Origin: Paraspadella gotoi
Lineage: Eukaryota; Animalia; Chaetognatha
Assembly (NCBI GenBank): GCA_051294375.1
Contig: CM119270.1
Span: forward strand, 16,430,165-16,494,164
Reading direction: 5' to 3'
DNA length: 64,000 nucleotides
The notes under the pieces are model-generated. The model searched no databases, was not told the DNA's origin, and worked only from the letters and a program-made list of their open reading frames with translations. The position numbers were made by a program, and so were the translations under genes. This document shows, one piece after another, positions 1 to 12,283 of the stretch (position 1 is the stretch's first letter; each line of letters starts with the position of its first letter).

Positions 1-45
1 AGAGAGAGAGAGAGGTCCGCAGCGGGGCATCGAAACTGGTGAGGC

Positions 46-50
46 GGACA

Positions 51-89
<39 letters not shown>
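46..89. repeat. (GAC)n microsatellite
   Basis: Run of gacgacgac; this triplet repeat recurs throughout the window. Confidence 0.9.
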
Positions 90-90
<1 letters not shown>

Positions 91-567
91 AGTTGAATTT
101 ACATGAGAGAAACGAGGAATTTCGACTTCACGCGGTGAACGATTGTCCACGGATTTCAGTCGGTTAAGATTCAGCTCCTATTCCTTTCTTTTTTCTCCTT
201 CCCCATCCTTTTTTCCTCTTTCCTCTATTTTGATTCAGCTCCTATTCTTTTCTTTTTTCTCCTACCCTATCCTTTTTTCCTCTTTCCTCTCTTTTGATTT
301 GTCTTTTCCGTTTTTCTCTTTTTTTATACATATTTTTCTTTTCCTTCTTCTATTTTCTTTCAATAATTTATCTGTCCTTTTATTTTTTTAAACTTTTAGC
401 ATCGTTTTTCTCCTCGCTCCTCCTTTTCTCTTTTCTTCTTTCTTTTTTTCCCAACGTCTCTTTTCCCTCCTTTTCCTCTTTCCTTTCCTCCATTTCATTT
501 TCTTTCCTCCCTTCTTAATAAAAATATCTCACATAGCCTCTCAACATCCAACCACACCGCCCCGTCT

Positions 568-680
568 TTTCCTTCTCTTTTCCTTCTCGTTTCCTTCTCT
601 TTTCTTTCTCTTTTCCTTCTCTTTTCCTTCTCTTTTGCTTCTCTTTTCCTTCTCTTTTCCTTCTCTTTTCTTTCTCTTCC
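568..680. repeat. 11-bp tandem repeat (CTTCTCTTTTC)n
   Basis: About 10 near-identical units visible directly. Confidence 0.85.
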
Positions 681-1907
681 CTTCGAAACCGCGATTCTCC
701 GAGTTCAGCTTAGAATATTCAAAAGGCGCAGTGGGTGGGGATGAATAAAAGTTTCCAATGAATGAATAAATGAATCAAAGTAATTTTGAACGAAACAAAT
801 CATGAAGAATCCATAAATTGACGGGGAAGAGGTTGAAAACCACGAAACTCACTCTCTCTCTCTCTTCTCTCATCTCGCGTCTCTCTCTCTCTCGCCTCTC
901 TCTCTCCGTCTCATCTCCGGATCTCTCTCTCCAGTATCGACCGGCTCGACAGACGATCCGTCTTCCCGTGGTGAAGACGCCCTCCCTCGGGGCTTCAATG
1001 AGGGCGCCCCTAGTGTGACCTAATGTGACCCGATGCGCCCCGATTTGACCCGATGCGGTTCTTGGCCCCGATGCGATTCTCTGTCGAGTGTGATCCTCTC
1101 CTACAGTGTGACCAGGAAGCTAAAACCGACGTCCCTTTAGTGTGACACGAAGTCGGGGGAAGAGAATGCAAAGTGATCACATTGATTTTTAAAATTTACT
1201 AGTTATGACGATCCTTTGTCCGACGAATCCTCTGCCCGATCAATGCCATTTCATCCTTCGCCCTTCTACCCTTTGTCCTTCCATCAACTGCTCGGCAAAG
1301 TGCAAACACAGTCACCCACGCTTCTGAGAAATCAAGGAATACCTCGTTCGAAGTCAATGGGTTCGTCGACCATGTGATTGCCATCTTCTCTCTCGTCCTC
1401 ATTCCGACAACCTGTGGTCATCACCATCATTTGACGATCGTCGTTTTCTGCGTCGTTGTTTTGTCGTTTTGTTTTCGTCATCGTCGTTTTTATCGTCGTC
1501 AGCTCTCGCCTTCGTGATCATTGATCAATTCCAGTCACGGTATTCGAGCCGAATCTTTCACCGATATAAATTAAACATTCTTAATTTTATTAATTTATTC
1601 ATTTAATTATTAATTATTAATTTATTTTATTATTTCTTAATTTTTTAAAAAATACCTAAATCTATTAATAATTTTAAGAGAAAGCTTCTCTTGTCACTCT
1701 AAACAAACAACATACGGCTTCTCTCCGTTTCTGATCAAACTCGATTTTTTTTTTTCTCTTTCGCCCCAAAAACTCCTCTCTGCTTCGGGGCCTGAATTTG
1801 GTCAAACGGCCTCCCTCGGTTCGCCTCATCAATCATGGCCTTTCTTCTTTCCCTCTTATCCTTCTTCCTCCTTCGTCTCTTCTGCTCGTCTCCCCTCTCT
1901 CTCTCTC

Positions 1908-1947
<40 letters not shown>

Positions 1948-3460
1948 TCTCTGCTCTCTCTCTCTCGTCCTCCATCTTCCTTCACCGCTCCACGATGGTT
2001 CCTGCTCCCCCGTTGGATTTGTTCCAGTTGTCTGTCAATTCCTTTCTTCTCGGCCAAGGACAAGAGGGCCGGGCTGTGCGGTTGGGGGCGAGATTTCGAG
2101 AGAAGGGAGGAAGAGGAGCGAGATATATGAATAAGATGGAAGGTAGGTNNNNNNNNNNNNNNNNNNNNNNNNNAAAGACAGTCCAGAAAGTCCGAACGTG
2201 AGGAAATCGTGATTCTCACAGTTTTAAATATACGGTAAGTTAAAATATTGTATGCTGTGAAAATACTGGTGATTCGGGTGAACGGGTGATTCGAACTGTG
2301 AAGTGAAGCGAAGAGTCGGAGCGTGAAATTCGGCGAAGGATTTGAGCCAATTAGCGGAATCTGATTCGGACAGATGAATGAACTCGAGTCGGTGCCACTT
2401 GTCAATGNNNNNNNNNNNNNNNNNNNNNNNNNNNNNNNNNNNNNNNNNNNNNNNNNNNNNNNNNNNNNNNNNNNNNNNNNNNNNNNNNNNNNNNNNNNNN
2501 NNNNNNNNNNNNNNNNNNNNNNNNNNNNNNNNNNNNNNNNNNNNNNNNNNNNNNNNNNNNNNNNNNNNNNNNNNNNNNNNNNNNNNNNNNNNNNNNNNNN
2601 NNNNNNNNNNNNNNNNNNNNNNNNNNNNNNNNNNNNNNNNNNNNNNNNNNNCTGAAATTTTTTTGAACTTTTAAAAATTCGGAAAAAAAAGTTATTTTAT
2701 TGTAATCAGCCAGATTTTACTTCCGTAATCTCTCAGTTACATATTGTTAACCATACTTCCACACTTTGCTCTCACACTTTTTCTCATTCACTCCCATCTT
2801 TCACAGTCACCGTTATTTCGGTAAATGACCACGAAATCCGTTTTTGTCTCGAATTCCAGATTCAATTGAATTTTCGACGCCAATCAATAAAACTCGTGAT
2901 TATTCTCTCGAGAGGCATCTCTCACTCTCTCTCTCTCTCTCTCTCTCTCTCNNNNNNNNNNNNNNNNNNNNNNNNNNNNNNNNNNNNNNNNNNNNNNNNN
3001 NNNNNNNNNNNNNNNNNNNNNNNNNNNNNNNNNNNNNNNNNNNNNNNNNNNNNNNNNNNNNNNNNNNNNNNNNNNNNNNNNNNNNNNNNNNNNNNNNNNN
3101 NNNNNNNNNNNNNNNNNNNNNNNNNNNNNNNNNNNNNNNNNNNNNNNNNNNNNNNNNNNNNNNNNNNNNNNNNNNNNNNNNNNNNNNNNNNNNNNNNNNN
3201 NNNNNNNNNNNNNNNNNNNNNNNNNNNNNNNNNNNNNNNNNNNNNNNNNNNNNNNNNNNNNNNNNNNNNGTCGGCGGTGGTCAATTCCGACAAGGAAGTA
3301 TTACGATTTAAATATTGATTTCTTGATATTACCACTTACGCCATGCAATACAATAATACGAGGTAAGCTTAAATTTATTTATGTAGGGTTAAACATTATT
3401 TCATATAGTATTTTTTACAATAAATAGAATTTATATTTTTTATATTTTTAAACACCACAA

Positions 3461-3533
3461 GGCCTTGTGGCGCAATGGATAACGCGTCTGACTACGGATC
3501 AGAAGATTCCAGGTTCGAATCCTGGCAAGGTCG
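3461..3533 (+). tRNA. trnR-ACG: tRNA-Arg, anticodon ACG
   Basis: 73-nt cloverleaf GGCCTTGTGGCGCAATGGATAACGCGTCTGACT-ACG-GATCAGAAGATTCCAGGTTCGAATCCTGGCAAGGTCG; A and B boxes present; followed directly by TTTT (Pol III terminator). Confidence 0.97.
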
Positions 3534-3587
3534 TTTTCTTTTCATCCTCATAATTAGCAACTCACATTTTTATTTGTTATCAAGCTA

Positions 3588-3617
3588 AGCCTTGTGACAC
3601 AATGAATAAAGCGTCTT
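3588..3617 (+). pseudogene. Decayed 5' fragment of tRNA-Arg(ACG)
   Basis: AGCCTTGTGACACAATGAATAAAGCGTCT aligns to GGCCTTGTGGCGCAATGGATAACGCGTCT of the flanking tRNAs; no T-arm. Confidence 0.6.
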
Positions 3618-3726
3618 ATTACACAGCGAAACAGTCCTTTCTGGAATACTGATTATGTAAATTATTTAGCTATTTTGTTTTTTGTTTTCAAATCAAATTT
3701 TTAAGCTAATTTTCCAAGCTTGTGCA

Positions 3727-3799
3727 GGCCTTGTGGCGCAATGGACAACGCGTCTGACTACGGATCAGAAGATTCCAGGTTCGAATCCTGGCAAGGTCA
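3727..3799 (+). tRNA. trnR-ACG: tRNA-Arg, anticodon ACG (second copy)
   Basis: Identical to the 3461 copy except a D-loop T>C and discriminator A instead of G; T-run downstream. Confidence 0.96.
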
Positions 3800-3995
3800 C
3801 TTCGTTTTTTTTATTCGCCTTCAAGCGAAAGTTCGGGAAAAACGAGAATAATAAAAACGTCTTCTTATCTTTGACCGACAGAGGGAAGCCTCGCCTCGGA
3901 TGTTTGACCACAAACAAACCATCTCGAAAATCTTTTTAAGCCTCGACTCTAAGCCTCGAGCTTTGGCCTCTCTATCTCTCTTTCTCTTTCTTCCT

Positions 3996-4112
<117 letters not shown>

Positions 4113-4230
4113 GTCATAATCTCTCGGCCAGTGAAGAGCCTCTTCTTCCCTTCGTCGAGTGGAAACAGAAGGATAAAAGGATTTTCAGTTTTTCTTCCTT
4201 CGATTCCGGGATTTGCATTCGATGTGGCCA

Positions 4231-4690
4231 AGACGACGACGACGACGACAACGACGTTCAATACGACGATGATGACGACAACGACGCCGTTGATGACGAC
4301 GACGACGAGGATGACTATTAGGAAAAGGACGACGTCAACAATGACAACGACGATGATGATGACGAAGATTACGACGATGACGAGGAATGACACGGACTAC
4401 GACGACGTGGTGACAATCGGAAATGATGACCTCAATAAAAGAGATGACAGCGAGGATGACGTCCACAATGACGACTACAAAGATGTCGTTGTGGCATGTC
4501 GCCGGCATCTATGATGTCCAACAACTACCATGATGTCCAAGAATATGGCGATGGAGACGAAAACGATGACGACACAGATAATAAAGATGACAAAGATGAT
4601 GACGAAAATGACGATGACAACAACGACGACGAGGGCAGCGAAGAAGACGATGAGAACGACGACGACATTGACCGCGGTGACGAAATCATG

Positions 4691-4724
<34 letters not shown>
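4231..4724. repeat. Degenerate (GAC/GAT/AAC)n triplet low-complexity tract
   Basis: Produces spurious Asp-rich and Thr-rich ORFs in several frames. Confidence 0.8.
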
Positions 4725-4725
<1 letters not shown>

Positions 4726-5730
4726 AGAAAATCTCTTCCTTAGAAATTCAGTGAGAGTAGGTGGGCGTGGCTTTGACGGAGATTATTGGACGGTGAAGGG
4801 AGGTGGAGATGAAATTGAGGGTGGTCTCGTTTGGGAGGGGGGAGGTGGAGAAAGCGTGAAACGAAGTCCATTGAAAGCAAAGATATTTTGGTGAAGCTTG
4901 GCTCAGTCACGGCGGAGCTCACCTTTTTATTCTTTCACAGAGAAGTCGTTATATTACGGAGTGCCAATGGTTTTCGGTAAATATCCAGCGCTTTAAAACG
5001 GTATTTGTCAAATCCTATAAGTTTTGAATGAATGCAAACAAAGAAAAATTTAAATGATCCGCACGTCATGCTTTAACAGAACTCACTAACTTTCATTTTC
5101 ACAAAAAAGTCAAACTCAACCCGATGACTACGCATCTGGCGCCGCGCTGCATCTTGAGTCTTGACCAGTTTTAATATAACCGGGATACGGCTCNNNNNNN
5201 NNNNNNNNNNNNNNNNNNNNNNNNNNNNNNNNNNNNNNNNNNNNNNNNNNNNNNNNNNNNNNNNNNNNNNNNNNNNNNNNNNNNNNNNNNNNNNNNNNNN
5301 NNNNNNNNNNNNNNNNNNNNNNNNNNNNNNNNNNNNNNNNNNNNNNNNNNNNNNNNNNNNNNNNNNNNNNNNNNNNNNNNNNNNNNNNNNNNNNNNNNNN
5401 NNNNNNNNNNNNNNNNNNNNNNNNNNNNNNNNNNNNNNNNNNNNNNNNNNNNNNNNNNNNNNNNNNNNNNNNNNNNNNNNNNNNNNNNNNNNNNNNNNNN
5501 NNNNNNNNNNNNNNNNNNNNNNNNNNNNNNNNNNNNNNNNNNNNNNNNNNNNNNNNNNNNNNNNNNNNNNNNNNNNNNNNNNNNNNNNNNNNNNNNNNNN
5601 NNNNNNNNNNNNNNNNNNNNNNNNNNNNNNNNNNNNNNNNNNNNNNNNNNNNNNNNNNNNNNNNNNNNNNNNNNNNNNNNNNNNNNNNNNNNNNNNNNNN
5701 NNNNNNNNNNNNNNNNNNNNNNNNNNNNNN

Positions 5731-6637
5731 GTATTCATCATCGGCGGATGTCGCCCGTCATAAAAGGTTATCAGTCTCCCTAATCACGCCGTATTCACGT
5801 CCAACGGACGGACGGAGGGACGGACGGCCGTACTAAGGAATGGCCATCGACGAGGGAACTCTTTGGCTAGCTCCCTCCGGCTCCATTCTTCATTTGCTCC
5901 AGCCGTGTGGCTTAGTTCTTTCCGCTCCACTCTTTCTTTTTCCTTCCAACTCTTTGATTCCTCTTCTCTCTCTCTTTCTGTTTACGTTTTTTTTCCGTCT
6001 TTAATTTTCTTTATACTTAAGTCTTAAGTCATGAAATTGGTACAACCAATGTAGAAATTATCAATTCATTTAATAAATAAGCTATCTTGCCCCTTACTTT
6101 GGACAGGCTTTGATTGTTTAAGGCCTCCATCTTCTTTCTTCTTTCTTTGTTTAGAGAGAGAGAGAGAGAGGCCGGTGGTAAGTCGCCTCAATACCTTCTT
6201 TCCTTTTCATTCAACTTTCCTCTGGCGTTTTTCTTTCTCAACTAGAATTCTGTTCCTACTTTTTTTTCTTCCTTTCTCCTTTATTCTTTATCTTCCACCA
6301 AATTTCATGCTTTTTTCTTTCACTTTCTTTTTTATCTTTTTCTATCTTTCTCTCCTTTTTCCTCCAATTTTTTTAAATTTTTTTATTTTTATTGTAGTTT
6401 TTTTTTAAATTCCATTTCAGAACTTCTTTTCCCCGAGATCTTTTTTCTCTTTTTTCTCCTTCTCCATTATTCTCTTTTCTACCTTCCTCTATTTCTCCAT
6501 CTTTCCTTTCTTTTCCTACCTTTTATCGTTTCCCCTTTCATAAAATCACCCTCAGGGAAGTGAAACCACCCTTCCTTTCTCCCACTCCATCCCTCCCACT
6601 CTCTCTCTCTCTCTCTCTCTCTCTGGTAGCGTTGAGG

Positions 6638-6697
<60 letters not shown>

Positions 6698-7555
6698 GGA
6701 GAGAGGATGGGAGGTGGGGAGAAAGGAAGGGTGGTTTCACTTCCCTGAGGGTGATTTTATGAGAGGGGGAACGATTAAAAGGTAGGAAAAGAAAGGAAAG
6801 ATGGAAGAATAGAGGAAAGGTAGAAAGAGAATAATGGAGAAGGAGAAAAAAGAGAAAAAGATCTCGGAGGAAAGAAGTTCTGAAATGGAAATTTAAAAAA
6901 AATACAATAAAATAAAAAAATTTAAAAAAATTGGAGGAAAAAGGAGAGAAAGATAGAAAAAGATAAAAAAGAAAGATGGAAAGAAAAAAGAGAAATTTGT
7001 GGAAGATAAAGAATAAAGGACGGAAAGGAAGAAAAAAAAGTAGGAACAGAATTTTAGTGACGAAGAAAACGCCAGAGGAAAGTTGAATGAAAGAAAGAGG
7101 TATTGAGCGACTTACCACCGGCCTCTCTCTCTCTCTCTCTAACAAAGGAAAGAAGAAAGAAGATGGAGGCTTAACAATCAAGCCTGTCCAAAGTAAGGGC
7201 AAGAAGCTTATTTTATTTAAAATGAATTGATAATTCTCTACATGGTTTGTACCAATTTCAGACTTAAGAACTTAAGTATACAAGAATTTAAAGACGGAAA
7301 AAAAACGTAAACAGAAAGAGAGAGAGAAGAGGAATCAAAGAGTTGGAAGGAAAAAGAAGAGTGGAGCGAAGAACTAAGCACACGGCTGGAGCAAATGAAG
7401 TAATGGAGCCGGAGGAGCTAGCCAAAGAGTTCCCTCGTCGATGGCCATTCCTTAGTACGGCCCGTCGTCCCTCCGTCCGTCCGTGGACGTGAATACGGCG
7501 TGATTAGGGAGACTGATATCCTTTTATGACGGGCGACATCCGCGATGATGATACG
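5731..7555. repeat. ~0.9-kb-arm fold-back inverted duplication centred near 6625
   Basis: 5731-5870 is the reverse complement of 7418-7555, and so on inward. Arms differ mainly by 1-nt indels; the left arm starts at an N-gap. Confidence 0.92.
6030..6131 (+). mobile_element. ~100-bp dispersed repeat, unclassified non-autonomous element; other copies 7163-7260(-), 21188-21230(+, partial), 23358-23425(-), 42320-42420(+)
   Basis: Shared ATGAAATTGGTACAACCAAT...TTTAATAAATAAGCTATCTTGCC...CTTTGGA...TTTAAGGCCTCCATC, with substitutions between copies. Confidence 0.7.
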
Positions 7556-7620
7556 TTTAATATAACCGGGAACGGTCCATTGGACGCTCGATTGGCCGGT
7601 CAAAAAGGAAGAGAGAGCGA

Positions 7621-7651
<31 letters not shown>

Positions 7652-7712
7652 GAGGAGAGAGAGAGAGAGAGATATGAAATAAAACGAGAACCCGAAGAGA
7701 ATAAAAAAAAAT

Positions 7713-7800
<88 letters not shown>

Positions 7801-8600
7801 TGAAATAAAGCTAGAAAGGAGAATAAAAAAAAAGAAGGTCGATGTCCAAATTTGGCATTTTATTCGGTCACGGCGTTTGGCGGCGTCGCTGGAAATGATA
7901 CGTCATTAAAAGCGATTAATGGTTGCATCGAAAGTCGCTGGTGGCGAATGCAAAAGGGGGGGCGTGGGGGGGGGGCGAGGAAAGAAGTTGCAACATGTGC
8001 GGGGAGTTATAACTTTCATGGTCAGACTCAAAAGAAAATTGGCAGCGCGCGCCAGNNNNNNNNNNNNNNNNNNNNNNNNNCGTTTTATATCCCATTCCGA
8101 CTTCTCTCGAGGCCAGTTCCGAGTTTGGAAGTGAGAGAGGCCCGAGGGTCGTCGTGCCTCCTCCCTTTCTTCCTCCACCTTCCTCATTCTCCTCTCTCTT
8201 CCTCCCGTTCCTCCCTTTCCTCCCTCGGGTCGCATTGCCTCCTACCCAAAATGACTCTATTACGCTCCGCCGTTTATCCGCCAGGCTTCCCCTTCTTTCT
8301 TTCTTTTCTTCTTTTCACCTTTCTTTTTATTCCTACCTTCCTTTTCTCATACTCAATGGTTTCTTTCCTTTAATTTGTATGTTTTTTCTATTTTTCTTTG
8401 TACATATTTTCTATCAACTTGTATCGTTTTAAAATTCTTCTCTAATTCTTCCTCTATCTGCCCCTTCTCCTTTTCTCTTTTCCTACCTTTTCTTTCCTCC
8501 TCCTCCTCCTCCTCCTCCTCCTCCTCCTCCTCCCTCATTTTCCAGGTCGAACTTAAAACGAGTCGGACGAAGAATTTCCTTCTTTCGCCGAGACTTTTAT

Positions 8601-8653
<53 letters not shown>

Positions 8654-9200
8654 GAGAGTTGTTCAGGACGAGAGGCGGAGAGAAGCAGGTAGGTTGGGTG
8701 GGGGACGAGGTGGGTGAAAAGTGGAAATTGGGGTGGTTTAAAAGAGGGGGTCAGTTCTGAGGCTAATAGGGTAGTAGGAGTCAGATGTTTGTTAGAAACT
8801 TAGTATACAGATGGTTAATGGTTAATGGTTATACATTATACAGATATATACAGATGGTTAATAGAAACTATAATATCTTTCTCTCTTTTTTGCTTGCTTG
8901 ATTTCTTTCTTTGGTTCTTTCTTTGGTTCTTTCTTTGGTTCAATATTTAATTCTTTCTTTCTTTGTTTCTTTCTTTCAATCTTTCTGTTATCCTTTCTTT
9001 CTTACTCTCTTTCTTTCTATCCTTCTTTCAATCTTTCTTTTTTTCTTTCTTTCTGTCCCTCTCTCTATCCATTTTTCTCTTGCATTGGATGAGGATGAAT
9101 AAAAACCTTTGATGAATTTTTGATCGACTTGGATGTCGTAATAAACGACACCGAAGATCTTTGTAGTTTGACCTCTTGTCCCTTCTTGCCGTTGCTCAAT

Positions 9201-9300
<100 letters not shown>

Positions 9301-9345
9301 CGTCGGTCCGGATCAAAGGGAGTCAAAAGATTGAAAGACTTCGCT

Positions 9346-9480
9346 TGTCACGTGATCGCCACGTAAACTATCACGTGACTGCGGTCAATATTCACGTCAG
9401 TTTCCCCGCGAGGCGAACACATCGAACGCAGCCTGATTCTCTTCTACCGCGCACGCGCGTGCCGAGGAAAGTCACGCGAC
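9346..9480. promoter_or_regulatory. E-box cluster (USF/MITF-TFE 'CLEAR'-like)
   Basis: GTCACGTGAT, CCACGTAA, ATCACGTGAC, TCACGTCA and GTCACGCGAC within ~135 bp. Confidence 0.35.
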
Positions 9481-9607
9481 TTCGGGATCGAAATCCACGT
9501 TGACTTTCCTTTGAGGCGTTGATTTGCGTCAAAGAGGTGGAAGGGGGGCGGAGAGGGGGGTGGAGGCGCGGAGCGGATTCTAAGGACTCTGTAAGGATCT
9601 CGCCGAC

Positions 9608-9669
<62 letters not shown>

Positions 9670-10245
9670 CCTCCTCTCCCTCTCTCTCTCCCTTTCGCGG
9701 GTTCAACCCGGGGTCATTGACTCAGGCTTTTGGGTTCGATCGCCGATGGCGGGAAAAGGCGAAATGGGGTAAGGCGGAATCGTGGCAGGGTAAGTGTTGG
9801 TTAGGGAGAAGATAAAAGAAAAAGAGGGTTTGAGAGATTTTGATATTCAACCGGAAAAGTAGCAAAAATCAGGTCAAACTTTGAGGAAGTAACTGTTGAA
9901 AAAGTAGGGATTATTAAAGGCACAGGAAAAAACGAAAGTAAAGAGCATGTGAACGGCATGTGAAAGGTGAGTAAATAATAGAAAAGTACGAAGTATAAAG
10001 ATGTACAATTGATTTAACTCAACGAAAGAAACGAAAGGAGGGAGGAGGAACAGAAGGAGGAGGAAGAGGAGGAGAAGGAGGAGGAAAAGCAGTGAATTAA
10101 ATCCGGAGGAGAAAAGCGGAAATCACTCGAGGATTCGGTGAAAGGTTCACGATTACGTCTCGGGTTTTGGTCAGTGAATTCTTCTGTGAATTCGTCAAGG
10201 TCTCCTCGTTGGGCGTGACGTGACTACGACCCTCGTCGTCGTCGT

Positions 10246-10277
<32 letters not shown>

Positions 10278-10579
10278 CGATGGATTTTCCAGTTCGTGAA
10301 AATTTTACGGTCAAAAGAAAAGAGAGAGGGAGGAAGTGGAAGGAAAAGAGGAAGTAAAGAGGAAGGGGTTATATTAAGGGAGGTAGGAATGGAGGAAGTT
10401 TGAACGGAGGAAGAATTGCGAGAAAAAAAAAGTATCGCGAAAGTAGAAAAATGTAAAATAAGGTATGAACGGAAGAAATTGTTTGGAAGAAATGGTATTT
10501 ACGTTAATTCAAATGTTTTATCAAAAAATTATTCATAAAATTTCCCTTTTTTCTCTCTCTCTCTCTCGTCCTCTCTCTC

Positions 10580-10629
<50 letters not shown>

Positions 10630-11141
10630 TTCTCTCTCTCTCTCTCTCACCTCTAATCGAATGAGTACAACATAAACGAATGCGAGAGCGAATAACCATG
10701 AATCTGTGGGTCAGTCGAGCGGAACCGACGGAGATAATGAGTTCTCAGGTGATGGAATTCCCGAAACGGGGTCAGGGGGAAGATGGGGGGGGGCGGAGAG
10801 GGGCGAGAGATTGAAAGGGTGAGGGTGGCAAATATCTGGTAATCGTACGGGTAGGTTCAAGGTAGGATAGGGGTGGTGAGTTCACAAAAATAAATCGCTC
10901 CTTCTCTCCTTCTTTGTCTTTTTTTTCCTCTTTAAAAGTTTGATTTCTCTTCTTTTCTATTGTTTTCCTATTTTTTCTTTCCATAATTATTTTTTCTTTT
11001 TCTTTTTTTTTCCTTTTTTCTTTTTTTCCTCTTTAATTCTTTCCATCATTTTTAATTTTTCTTTGAATCATTTCTTTCCTTCTTTCTTTCCTTTTGTTTT
11101 CTTTCTTTACTTATTTCTTTCTTTCCTTTCTTTCTCATTTG

Positions 11142-11269
<128 letters not shown>

Positions 11270-11848
11270 TCACTATCCTTTCCCTCTTCCTTCGCCCCAT
11301 TTAACCCCACCTCCCTTCCTTACCCATCGCTCACCTCAGTTCCATCCGCCAGGAAACAGGATCAACCCTCGTAATCAAATCATTTCCCACCTCCGATTTT
11401 GAGAGACAAACAAATTTCCGACACAAAATCGATCATAAATTTTGCGGAGTCGACGGTTATATCTCCCTTAGTTTTTTATTTATTTATTTAAAATCCAATT
11501 AAACTTTACGTCTTATTATTTGTTTTTAACTTTATAATGTATGTATCTGTTTAAAAAATAGCGAATAAGGATGGATAAATCATTTAGTAATTTACCTATT
11601 CTCTGTCCAATTAAAAACAAAATTCATAATAAAAAAAGGTATGCATCCACATATGTGTGTCTATATGTATCTCGATAGATATGATTTACAGCTGTTTCAT
11701 GATAGTACCAAATTACATCCGCGCTTTATCACTTTGTTTTCCGGATATGTTTACCTGGATTCTCGTCGCGAACGTTTGTCGACGGAGGAGAGAAAAAAAA
11801 AGATGGCGTCATCGATTTTTGGTCACAATTTTTCGTCCCGCGATAAGA

Positions 11849-11889
<41 letters not shown>

Positions 11890-12283
11890 CTATCCGCAAT
11901 ATTGCATCTTTCCGTCACGTACTCAACGGCCGCTAACGAAAATGAAAAAAAAATGTTTACCGAAAAGAATTCGTGAGAATCATTTTCGCGTCGAATCGGA
12001 CTTTGGCTTTTGCGGACAGTGAATTGATCAGCGCGTCTTTTTCGATCAATAATTACAACTCTTTTTTTTTAAGTGGATAATGCGGATGTTTTAAAAATTA
12101 TAAAATATCCCACAAATTAAATTTTATTAATTCTATTGTCACGCCCTCATACAGTTACACCCAACCCGGACGCTCCATCATTCAGCCAACAGGCTTATTA
12201 CTATGGACTTTCTATGATCTATAACTGATCTGCACTCGTCGCTCAACAGCATCGTTGACAAAACTCCAGCACTTCTCTCCATC

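Noticed and set aside
143-518. Phe/Ser/Leu-rich ORFs here and many ER/SL-repeat ORFs elsewhere in the window
   Set aside because: They are translations of pyrimidine tracts and (GA)n microsatellites, or run through N-gaps.
1203-1377. 57-codon open frame after TTTACTAG (YDDPLSDESS...)
   Set aside because: Short, no recognisable homology and no partner exons.
4496-4894. Asp-rich 132-aa ORF resembling an acidic biomineralisation protein
   Set aside because: Derived from the genome-wide (GAC)n repeat; no signal peptide, and neighbouring frames are equally open.
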